From a bacterium (GTDB lineage Bacteria; Hinthialibacterota; Hinthialibacteria; Hinthialibacterales; Hinthialibacteraceae): a DNA stretch of 64,000 nucleotides. The notes under the pieces were generated by a model, which saw nothing but the letters and a program-made list of their open reading frames with translations, did not search any database and was not told where the DNA came from. Below are positions 9,858 through 18,657 of the stretch, piece after piece (the stretch's first letter is position 1; each line of letters opens with the position of its first letter). Made by a program: the position numbers and the translations under genes. The DNA lies in NCBI GenBank assembly GCA_963663405.2, contig CAXXSM010000022.1, positions 64,001 through 128,000 of the forward strand. Reading direction: 5' to 3'.

Positions 9858-11045
9858 TTAATACGAAGCTGGAGTGGGAACTTGACTGGTTCTTCCAAAG
9901 GGGGAGATTTCGCGCAAACGATTAATGATGGGAGGAAGTTCCTTGAGAATACAATCAATATCCTCATCCGTATTATACCGGCTGAGACTAAACCGGATCG
10001 ATCCATGCGCGGCGGTGTAGGGCACACCCATCGCCCGCAGCACATGCGACGGCTCCAGCGAACCGGAAGTGCAGGCCGAGCCGGAAGACGCGCAGATTCC
10101 TTTTTCGTTTAACAGCAGAAGAATCGCTTCCCCTTCGATGTATTCGAAACTGATATTCGACGTATTCGGCAGGCGGTTCTCCGCGATCCCGTTCCGGCGG
10201 GAATCGGGCGTCGATTCTAGAAGCCCCTTTTCCAACCGGTCGCGCATCGCTTTGACACGGATATTTTCTTCTTCAATATGCTGTTGCGCCAATTCACACG
10301 CTTTGCCGAAAGCGACAATATTCGGAACCGCTTCGGTTCCACCACGGCGGCCTCGTTCTTGATGCCCTCCAACCAACCAGGGCAGCAACCGCGAGCCACG
10401 GCGAATATAAAGCACACCGATTCCTTTAGGCGCATGCAGTTTATGGCCGGAGATCGCTAAAAAGTCGATTGGCAGCTGCATCAAATCGATCGGAATTTTG
10501 CCTACAGCCTGCACAGCGTCGCAATGAAAGGGAATACTATATTCTTTCGCGATCAGTCCGATTTCTTCCACGGGGAAAATCACTCCCGTCTCATTGTTGG
10601 CGTACATCACCGAGATGAGCGCCGTGCCGGTCCGGATGGATTGACGCAGTTCCTCTAAATCAAGTTGGCCTTCAGAATCGACGGAAAGTTCAGTGACGGA
10701 ATAGCCCTGTTTACCTAAAGAATGACAAAGGCTCCGGACGGCGGGGTGTTCGACGTGGGTCGTGATGATGTGCCTTTTGTCTTTATTCGCCAATAGGCTC
10801 CCGCGGATGGCTGTGTTGTCGCTTTCCGAGCCACAACTGGTAAACACAATTTCCGTCGGTTGCGCGCCTAGCAGCGACGCCACTTGTTCCCGCGCCTTCT
10901 CCACCGCGTCGCCCACCTGGCCACCAAAGGAATGCATGCTGGAGGGATTGCCGTAGTACTCCGTCAAGTAAGGCATCATCGCCTCAATCACTTCCGGCGC
11001 CACTCGAGTCGTGGCGTTATTGTCTACATAGACCACCCTACTCAT
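9858..11045 (-). CDS. nifS: Cysteine desulfurase NifS
   Basis: DNNATT, GNPSS, SGHKLHAPKG (PLP Lys), SSGSACTS catalytic Cys; coupled to nifU. Confidence 0.95.
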   Translation of the reverse strand: MSRVVYVDNNATTRVAPEVIEAMMPYLTEYYGNPSSMHSFGGQVGDAVEKAREQVASLLGAQPTEIVFTSCGSESDNTAIRGSLLANKDKRHIITTHVEHPAVRSLCHSLGKQGYSVTELSVDSEGQLDLEELRQSIRTGTALISVMYANNETGVIFPVEEIGLIAKEYSIPFHCDAVQAVGKIPIDLMQLPIDFLAISGHKLHAPKGIGVLYIRRGSRLLPWLVGGHQERGRRGGTEAVPNIVAFGKACELAQQHIEEENIRVKAMRDRLEKGLLESTPDSRRNGIAENRLPNTSNISFEYIEGEAILLLLNEKGICASSGSACTSGSLEPSHVLRAMGVPYTAAHGSIRFSLSRYNTDEDIDCILKELPPIINRLREISPFGRTSQVPTPASY

Positions 11046-11892
11046 GATTCCACCTCTTCCACAACCAGTTCGGGAGTGACGAATTCGCGCAGTTTCACTT
11101 CAACAAAGGATTTGAGTGTAATGGGAGCGCTGGCGCAACCCGCGCACATGCCGCGCGTGGAAACGAGGACACGATCTCCTTCAATATCCACTAAATCCAG
11201 ATCGCCGCCGTCCTGCATCAACGCGGGCCGGATCTCCCGATCGATCGTTTCTTGGATCAATTTCATTTTTTGTATGTTCGTGAGTTTCTTGGGTTTGACC
11301 GGCGCGGGGGCGCGAGCGGGTTGTTTTCCTTGGACTTCTTCGATCAATTCTTCAATCGCCTGGTGGCAGCTGGTGCATCCACCCCCGGCTTTGCAGTAGT
11401 GCGTGACTTGTTCGATCTGCGTTAGATTATTCTCCCGGATTTCCCGCTTGATTTTATTGTCTGTCACACCAAAGCATTGACAGACGATCACTCCATCGTC
11501 ATCTTCATGATCGGTGACCTCTTCCCCGCGGTAATTCCCGACCGCTTTTTCCAACGCGTCGCGCCCCATCACCGAGCAGTGCATTTTCGCTTCCGGAAGA
11601 CCATCCAAGTATTCCGCGATGACGCTATTGGTCACCTCAAGGGATTCATCGACTGTTTTCCCAATAATTAATTCCGTCAGCGCTGAGGAGGAAGCGATTG
11701 CGCTCCCGCAGCCAAAGGTTTCAAATTTCGCGTCCGTGATACGATCCTCGGATTTATCGATTTTTAAATAGAGTTTCAAAGCGTCGCCGCATTGAATATT
11801 CCCCACTTCCCCTACGGCGTCGGCGTCAGGAATGGCGCCCACGTTCCGGGATTCAGAAAGTGATCTTTAACTTTTTTGCTATAGTCCCACAT
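11042..11892 (-). CDS. nifU: Fe-S cluster assembly scaffold NifU (three-domain), with a 1-nt frameshift near 11849
   Basis: True start MWDYSKKVKDHFLNP at 11892 is out of frame with NVGAI...CGD, FGCGSA, MHCS, CQCF..CKAGGGCTSC, GMCAGC; one C missing in AAT CCC (C)GG AAC. Confidence 0.88.
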
Positions 11893-12120
11893 GACCGGTT
11901 TATACCTTTCCTATAAAAATAACGAAGCGGAAAAAATCAGGCTCCATAAATAGATTATACTCTACAAGAATTGCAAACGTTTCATCTTGCAGAGCCATTC
12001 AACCGCCGCGTCTTGAATGAATACGCCTTCAACAACAACGTAGTCAATTATTATAGATAGTATACATGTTACCTTAACAAATGGATTGGAAAAACGATTG
12101 GATTGAAATTAGGACGCTGT

Positions 12121-12846
12121 TTAATAGATAAAAGGGATAAATTTCTTTGTTTTCTCTGAATAGTGTATAAATTCTTCGCCATAGCGTTCGGCCAAGTAGG
12201 AATCGAGAGCGGGGATATGGAAAAAAATAAACGTGCACGCCATCAATAACGGAAATAACAAAATCCAAAAATTATACGTAAACAAACACCAGCCCGTAAA
12301 CAAGACCGTATCGCCAAAATAATTGATATGCATCGAGTAGCCGAATAATCCTTGCGTATAACAATGTCCCTTATTCCCCGGCTCCGCTTTCCACCATTTC
12401 CGTTGGATCTCTGAAAAACTATTTAAATAGGAGCCGAGAACGTACAACACGAACGCGATGAAATCCAACCAACCGAGGTTAATGGAACCATCGCGAAATG
12501 CGCCGCCTCCTAAAAGGACCAGTCCAATTTCAAACAAACCGAGAACAACCAATAATCCCAAAACTTCTGACCAATCGACTTTTCGCGCCAATAAGTAAAA
12601 CAGAGTAATAACATGGCGGAACCAACAGATAAAGGCGCATGCGAGCAATAGCTGGGCCCGAGTGAAATCAGCGAGCCGCCAATCTTTTCCAAACACGCGC
12701 CCTAACGCTTCCCATCCATTCCCATAAATCAGCCAAGCGCAGATCAAAACAATGAACAAATGACCAATTGCAAATATACACTTTTGAGCGAAAGACCGGC
12801 CATGCGCTCGATTGACACCACCCGTTTTTAATTCTGAATTTTCCAT
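12121..12846 (-). CDS. DUF1295 / steroid-5-alpha-reductase-like membrane protein
   Basis: Multi-TM; YTQGLFGYSMHINYFGD, YLAERYGEEF..Y...TKKFIPFIY. Confidence 0.8.
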   Translation of the reverse strand: MENSELKTGGVNRAHGRSFAQKCIFAIGHLFIVLICAWLIYGNGWEALGRVFGKDWRLADFTRAQLLLACAFICWFRHVITLFYLLARKVDWSEVLGLLVVLGLFEIGLVLLGGGAFRDGSINLGWLDFIAFVLYVLGSYLNSFSEIQRKWWKAEPGNKGHCYTQGLFGYSMHINYFGDTVLFTGWCLFTYNFWILLFPLLMACTFIFFHIPALDSYLAERYGEEFIHYSEKTKKFIPFIY

Positions 12847-12960
12847 GTGACCTCAGGTTTTCTTGTTCAGGCAATGAGTACAATCAATCTGGATGATTTA
12901 TTATCCTATTCCCGTCATTTGGATGTCAAGGATAATGATTGTGGACATAGAAAACCATGA

Positions 12961-14839
12961 TTATAAAGTACGTATATTTGTTCTGAGGGATTGAATGAGC
13001 GATCCAAATTCGTCCACCAGCGTAATCACCGATTGGAAATAGCGCTTATATTTTCCCATCCGATTGACGTCCGGTTCATTCTTTTCTTGTTGGATGAATT
13101 GATACAAACTGGGGAACAACGCCTGTTCGAGCGCAATTTGAAGAGATTCATTCCGATGGATATTCCAGAACAAAGTGTCCATATCTTTCCATTCCGGGCA
13201 TTCGCGTAATGAAATTTCGTTCCGTTCTTCAAGGAGGTTAATGATCCTGAGACCGTTATCCGCGTCAACAGCGCATTGCTTTAACGCGCTGAGAAGAGTC
13301 TCCAACGCTGGGAAGATACGATCCATCTTGCTAGATTTCCTGGATTTAAAAATCTCAACATTATCGAGCATCTCTTCAACATAAGTAAATGTGGGGAGAA
13401 TTTCTTCCAACCGTTTGTGTTGAGTTCCCTTGATCCACGCGCCCCCTTCGGTCGCGTCGTATATCTGCGCTTTACACTTGCGGATATCATTTGAAAACTT
13501 ATTTAAAAAAACAGCCATCGTTTTTGATGTAGGAACCATTCCACCTTCAACGCCTTTCACCCACACGATTTCCTGTTGGATCGGTTCAGGGGTTTCGGGC
13601 CGGGGAGCGATCACTACGCTGGAAGCGCCTTCGAGTATGGTTTCGACATTTCGATTCAACGCGGTTCCCTCGGCGTGGGTTGTTCGCCGATCAGGAGAAT
13701 AGGCGAAATCGTGACCGATCAACACTATCGGATCGCATCCCATCCACACGGCGGCGGTGAATTGGGTATGCGCGACCGATAATCCCTGCTCGAATGTCCC
13801 GTATGGGCCGCCGATTGTTTCCACCCATCGATTGATGGCGGATTTGGATGAATTTACGAAAATCGTTGGTCCTTCCAAACGTTGGGAATGCGCGGAAATA
13901 CATCGGACTCAAAAAGGAGAGCCATTCGGCGCGTATCTCCGATCCCTATGAAATGCTTCTCATTCAAAGAAGTTGGATCAATAGACGAGACAAAGTGAGG
14001 AACGATTCCCGCCTCCAGCGCCAACCGAAGCGCCGTATCCACACAAAAAATCAATACACTCGATCCAATGTCTTTCAGTAAACTCAAATTTTTCGGCAAA
14101 GAAGGACCGGCGGCGATTAACACCACCGGATGGTTTCGGAATCGATTTTTGAAAGATCCAAGCCCTTGGCTAGTCAAAATTGCAGGAAGGTTTTGTATCG
14201 CATTGCGCTGGATCAATTTCCCGGAACGGAGCAACAAATCCGCTTCCGCACGGGCCTGCTGGAGGAACTGATCCATGCGGGAAGCAGTCTCAACGTAATA
14301 ATCTTGGTGGATCTGGGTAAGCGCAGTGCTGGTCACTTGTTGGAATCCACAGCCCATAATCTGTGGAAGAAAGGATTGAGCCGTCGCCAGAACTTCGGAG
14401 ATGTTATCTCCCAACACAATGCGCGCGTTGGGATGATTGAACAAAAAACGCCAATCCGGCGGCGCAAAAAATGAATAAAGACTTCTAAATCCCGCTCCAC
14501 AAGCAGCAGCGCGGCGACGCTGCCAGCCTCCAATTCAAGAAGGGCTTCCAATGAATACCCCAATCCAAGCCCTAGAAAGAAAAAAACCGAAGCGGAATCG
14601 ATCTGCAACCGCTCGATCTGCCGGCGCGCTTCTTGCTGGGGATCATCATTGTCGTGAAGTAAGAACGTTTTTCCATCTTTCGAAATACGCAGAATAGGGT
14701 CACCACGCGCCGATAGCATCCATTGATAATCCACCGAAGGAGCGCAGTTCCCTATACGCGCCGCCCAACTAGGGTACTGTTTACGGAAAGCGTCGAAATT
14801 ATTCTGAAAAACAGTCTCTTTATCCTGGTTATATTTCAT
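12961..14839 (-). pseudogene. Maf-family (DUF115/MptE-like) glycosyltransferase split by two frameshifts (probably assembly errors)
   Basis: Three consecutive ORFs carry FLGLGLGY, IAAGPSL..N, FCVDTA, MGCDPIVLIGHDFAY, DATEGGA; single-base losses near 14457 and 13872 restore one ORF paralogous to 60191-62041. Confidence 0.8.
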
Positions 14840-15136
14840 TGTTTTTTACAGACATTATATATTAAACCTATATTGATACGATAGAAACGAAAATCAAAGG
14901 GAATGAAAGATGAATGTGTGGCAAAACGAAACGAAGCCACAAACAAATATACCTAGCCAATCAATTCGAATATTTAATGAGTATCGTTTTAGGTTTTAGT
15001 TTTATAGCATTTCATCAGTGAATGAAATGTGAAAAAAGAGGAGCATACCAATTGGAAATCAGTTCCGAATTCTATACAATAATAAAATTCCGGTTTGCAA
15101 AATGAAAACGGCTAAAGGCCGGTAAGGAAATTCGAT

Positions 15137-15622
15137 ATGTTGGAAAAAGCCATTGGGAAACAGAGCGAACTGGGTCTTATGTTTCTCCGCATCATTGTAG
15201 GAATCGTCTTCCTGATTCATGGAGGGCAGAAGTTATTCGGTCTCTTCGGCGGAGCGGGTATGAGTGAGACGATCAAATTTTTCACCTCGCTAGGGATCTA
15301 TGCGCCATCTATTATGGGATGGTTCATCGCGCTGGCGGAATTTTTCGGTGGTCTTGCGCTATTAGTCGGATTATTGACTCGAGAATTTTCAATCTTATTC
15401 ATAATTATTATGATCGGCGCAATTGTAACGGTTCATGGAAGCAACGGATTTTCCGCCACCAATCAAGGTTATGAATATAATTGTGTTTTAATTGGCGCGA
15501 GTCTCTGCCTGCTGTTCGGCGGCGCCGGCGCTGGATCGATGGACCGGTTCCTTTTCCCCAAAGATAAATGGACATTTGTAGACGTTTCCCAAATCAAATT
15601 AGACCCCCCCAGCGAAGATTGA
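15137..15622 (+). CDS. DoxX-family membrane protein
   Basis: LRIIVG..F..HGGQKLFG, AEFFGGL.LL.GL.TR, GYEY. Confidence 0.9.
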   Translation: MLEKAIGKQSELGLMFLRIIVGIVFLIHGGQKLFGLFGGAGMSETIKFFTSLGIYAPSIMGWFIALAEFFGGLALLVGLLTREFSILFIIIMIGAIVTVHGSNGFSATNQGYEYNCVLIGASLCLLFGGAGAGSMDRFLFPKDKWTFVDVSQIKLDPPSED

Positions 15623-15887
15623 TTCTAGATGACAGGGCAAATAGTTCAATAATCGAGATTATATCGATTTCTTTGGATTAACTGACCAACTATCTTTCCC
15701 AAATCCCATTGTAATAGTACGATACAAAAAACATTTCTTAAAACATAGAAATCAACTTTTTTGTTTTTTGTACGTTATAATATATAGTACTTACTCGGAT
15801 AAATCTAAAATAAGAATTCGTATTTCTTACTTATAACAACCCTCAAAAAACATTTTTGAGAATCTCGCAACCTTGATAGATACAACT

Positions 15888-16526
15888 ATGATACAAAAAT
15901 TCTCAACGGATATTTTCAGAGAACAAGCGTTCCGGCTTACTCAATTCACCATCGACAAGATTTCAGAAGCTATTTTTTGGGTGGAAAGGGACGCTCGCTA
16001 TTTTTATGTAAATGATATCGCCTGCCGATCTCTGGGTTACACCCGCGCGGAATTACTCACGATGACAGTGCATGATATCGATCCAAATATCACAAAAGAA
16101 ATGTGGCCGGGCTGTTGGGAAGAACTATCACAAAAACAGTCGTTCACTATTGAATCGATTCACCGCCGGAAAGATGGATCGATTTTCCCCGTTGAAGTCT
16201 CTTTAAATTACCTCCAATTCGAAGGGAAAGAATATAACTGCGTTATCGCCCGTGACATCACACAACGGCAGGAAACCGAACAACGGCAAGAACAGTTAAT
16301 TAAAGAACTGCAGGATGCGCTCGCGGAAATCAAAACGCTTAAAGGTATTATTCCCATTTGTTCAGCGTGTAAAAAAATCCGGGACGATCAAGGATATTGG
16401 AATCAATTGGAAACCTATATCCGCGACCATTCCGACGCGGAATTTACGCACGGACTCTGCCCTGACTGCGCGGCGGAATATTATTCTAAATTTCTGAACA
16501 GGGAATTGGACTGCAAATTAAAATAA
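15888..16526 (+). CDS. PAS-domain protein with C-terminal Cys/His (IPICxxCKKIRDD..YW...THGLCPDC) domain
   Basis: YVNDIACRSLGYTRAELL, RRKDGSIFPVEVS, ARDIT; coiled coil; no kinase or cyclase domain. Confidence 0.85.
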   Translation: MIQKFSTDIFREQAFRLTQFTIDKISEAIFWVERDARYFYVNDIACRSLGYTRAELLTMTVHDIDPNITKEMWPGCWEELSQKQSFTIESIHRRKDGSIFPVEVSLNYLQFEGKEYNCVIARDITQRQETEQRQEQLIKELQDALAEIKTLKGIIPICSACKKIRDDQGYWNQLETYIRDHSDAEFTHGLCPDCAAEYYSKFLNRELDCKLK

Positions 16527-16544
16527 CCACGCAATCCACCGGCT

Positions 16545-17303
16545 TCATCCTAAAAAGGGGAAAAAACCTAATAGTTTCAGCGCCAACGCCACGACGGTGA
16601 CCGCCAGCGCCCCTTTCAACCACGCTTCTCCCTTTGTGATGGCGATATGACAGCCGATCCAACCTCCCAGCGCGTTTCCCAGCGACAACACCAGCGCCAC
16701 CCACCAATCCACTTGGCCATTTATGATGAACACCAGAATCGCGAAAAACGTATAGATCGCGACCACCAGCACTTTGACTCCCGCCGTCACGACGAGATCA
16801 AATCCACAGAGAAGAGCCAGCGCCGCCGTCAGCAGAAATCCAACTCCCGCTTGAATAAAACCGCCATAGATACCGATGAAGAAAAAAACGATATGCGCGA
16901 TGATTTTTTTCTTCCCGCTGAGATCGCCTGGATGGGATTTCGGTTTGGGATTCCAGATCACCAGCCCCACCACAATCAACATCACCAGCGCCAGCACAAC
17001 CCGGAACGCGTACTCGGAAATTTCCACGGCGAGTTGCGCGCCAATGATGGCGCCAATGATTGTGGGCAGCGAGATCGACAGGGAAAACCGGGTACCTTCC
17101 ACTCCCTTCCGCGTAAAGCCCACCACGGCGGTCACGCATTGAAACCAGATCGCGATCCGGTTGGTTCCATTCGCAACCGGCGCCGGAAGCCCGGCGAGCA
17201 TCAAAATCGGAAGGGTCAACAAAGACCCTCCCCCCGCCAACGTGTTGACAACTCCCGCGAACAAGCCGGATGCAAAAATGATAAATAATGTCAGAATATC
17301 CAT
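16545..17303 (-). CDS. TauE/SafE-family sulfite exporter
   Basis: AGVVNTLAGGGSLLTLP, ANGTNR, YGGFIQAGVG; about 8 TM. Confidence 0.88.
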   Translation of the reverse strand: MDILTLFIIFASGLFAGVVNTLAGGGSLLTLPILMLAGLPAPVANGTNRIAIWFQCVTAVVGFTRKGVEGTRFSLSISLPTIIGAIIGAQLAVEISEYAFRVVLALVMLIVVGLVIWNPKPKSHPGDLSGKKKIIAHIVFFFIGIYGGFIQAGVGFLLTAALALLCGFDLVVTAGVKVLVVAIYTFFAILVFIINGQVDWWVALVLSLGNALGGWIGCHIAITKGEAWLKGALAVTVVALALKLLGFFPFLG

Positions 17304-17453
17304 ACGCGTCCAAATTTCATTACTCAATTTAAAGAATTAATATAGTGCGGCGGTTATAGAAGAGCGTCAAGCGGCGTGGGTTGCGGAGGGAAATGAACCA
17401 GCTTGAAAGAAGTGCGAATTATTGCTACTTTGATTTGTAGAAGGAAAATTCCG

Positions 17454-17633
17454 ATGGCTGACAAAAAGATTCTCGAAACTGGAAACGGAATATTAAGTTC
17501 TCTTTATATTGATGAACTGCGCAACCTAGTAAACGAAGGAATCGAAAGCGGCGCGAGTATTGATGGAGAGTTGGTTTTCTCCCGCCTCCGAAAAAAATAC
17601 AGTGAAATGGTGGAAACGAATGATCAGGAATAA
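17454..17633 (+). CDS. ParD-like antitoxin fragment or small protein
   Basis: LRNLVNEGIESGASIDGELVFSRLRKK resembles the ParD C-half; lacks the RHH N-terminus. Confidence 0.45.
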   Translation: MADKKILETGNGILSSLYIDELRNLVNEGIESGASIDGELVFSRLRKKYSEMVETNDQE

Positions 17634-17657
17634 AGGGTATCCCATGAGAGTATTAAA

Positions 17658-17687
17658 TTGACATCATTGACGCATTGATTACAATGC
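17658..17687 (+). promoter_or_regulatory. Promoter and operator of the FitA-like gene
   Basis: TTGACA-16bp-TACAAT overlapped by palindrome GCATTG-ATTA-CAATGC (17672-17687). Confidence 0.55.
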
Positions 17688-17701
17688 AATCATAGAAGGT
17701 T

Positions 17702-17938
17702 ATGATGGCCAGTATTACCATTCGAAATTTACCAGAGCAAACAAAAGAGACGCTCCGCATCCAGGCGGCGCAATCCGGTGTCTCTCTCGAATCCTATATC
17801 CGTCAACTTTTAAGAAACGCGGCCAGTGAAAAGGATCAAAAGCAGATCAATATCCTCGATCTGGCGGAAAAATATTTCGGCTCCAAAAATGGCATTGACC
17901 TTGAATTGCCTGAACGTAAATCTAAACGACACATTTAG
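17702..17938 (+). CDS. FitA/StbC-like RHH antitoxin (orphan)
   Basis: MASITIRNLPEQTKETLRIQAAQSGVSLESYIRQLL, GIDLELPER; no PIN toxin follows. Confidence 0.8.
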   Translation: MMASITIRNLPEQTKETLRIQAAQSGVSLESYIRQLLRNAASEKDQKQINILDLAEKYFGSKNGIDLELPERKSKRHI

Positions 17939-18135
17939 AGTTCTCTCAAATCACCTCTTTTCTTCGCCTCGAACGCCTCCCGAACGAGAAAATCCAGTTT
18001 CCCAGAATTCGAATCGGCCTCAATCTGCCGATCCCACATTTCCCAATCTCGCTCAAGAAACCGTTTACGAAACTCGCAGTACTCTTGTTCCGTAAGTTCT
18101 TTCACTGCTTTTTCCAAATCCGTGACACGATTCAT
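17935..18135 (-). CDS. Small putative antitoxin (WDRQIEAD..GKLD family), orphan
   Basis: MNRVTDLEKAVKEL...WDRQIEADSNSGKLDFLVREA; RBS GGAG upstream of ATG 18135. Confidence 0.7.
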   Translation of the reverse strand: MNRVTDLEKAVKELTEQEYCEFRKRFLERDWEMWDRQIEADSNSGKLDFLVREAFEAKKRGDLREL

Positions 18136-18176
18136 GGTTTTCTCCAAGGCTTGCGCTTTCAATTCCTCCTGCCTAA

Positions 18177-18620
18177 TTATCCCTTCTTCCAAGCAACAAA
18201 CAACCGCCAACCAAACAACAAACACACCACTGGCAGCGCCAAACTCACCCATACAATCGGCCAGCCCATTACGCTTGTATTTTGGCCGTAGCGCCATTGG
18301 AGGGCGATCATTTGGATGGAGGAATAAAGCAACGCGGTAAAGAAGAGGGCGCAGGCGGAGAGAGTAATCCAGCGCAGGATGGTTGAAACGATGGCCGATT
18401 TCTCCACCGGCCATCGAAAACGGATCATCTCTTCACGGGGCCAACAGGCGGAGAATCCCAAACACGCCAGCCAGACCAGCAAATACCGGGTCAATTCTTC
18501 GGTAAACGAGAGCGGCCAAGGGAAAATATCCCAACGAGCTAAGACTCCAGCGCAGACGAGGAGAACTTGGATGGCTAAGATGACACTTAACGCTTTTTCT
18601 TCCAACAAATATTTTTTCAT
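18177..18620 (-). CDS. TRAP transporter small permease (DctQ)
   Basis: PLSFTEELTRYLLVWL, Q.TSVMGWP; 4 TM. Confidence 0.8.
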   Translation of the reverse strand: MKKYLLEEKALSVILAIQVLLVCAGVLARWDIFPWPLSFTEELTRYLLVWLACLGFSACWPREEMIRFRWPVEKSAIVSTILRWITLSACALFFTALLYSSIQMIALQWRYGQNTSVMGWPIVWVSLALPVVCLLFGWRLFVAWKKG

Positions 18621-18634
18621 GTTTAAACTTAACG

Positions 18635-18657
18635 CCGGGCGGGACGCCCACGCTCCA
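18635..18657 (-). repeat. REP-like GC-rich palindrome
   Basis: Reverse complement TGGAGCGTGGGCGTCCCGCCCGG matches TGGAGCGCGGGCGTCCCGCCCG at about 25214-25235. Confidence 0.6.

Noticed and set aside
16522-16546. attC-like start (TAACCACGCAATCCACC)
   Set aside because: No complementary GTTRRRY arm at a suitable distance, no cassette array and no integron integrase.
17935-18414. 159-aa ORF as given in the track
   Set aside because: The N-terminal part overlaps dctQ in another frame; only 17935-18135 is supported.
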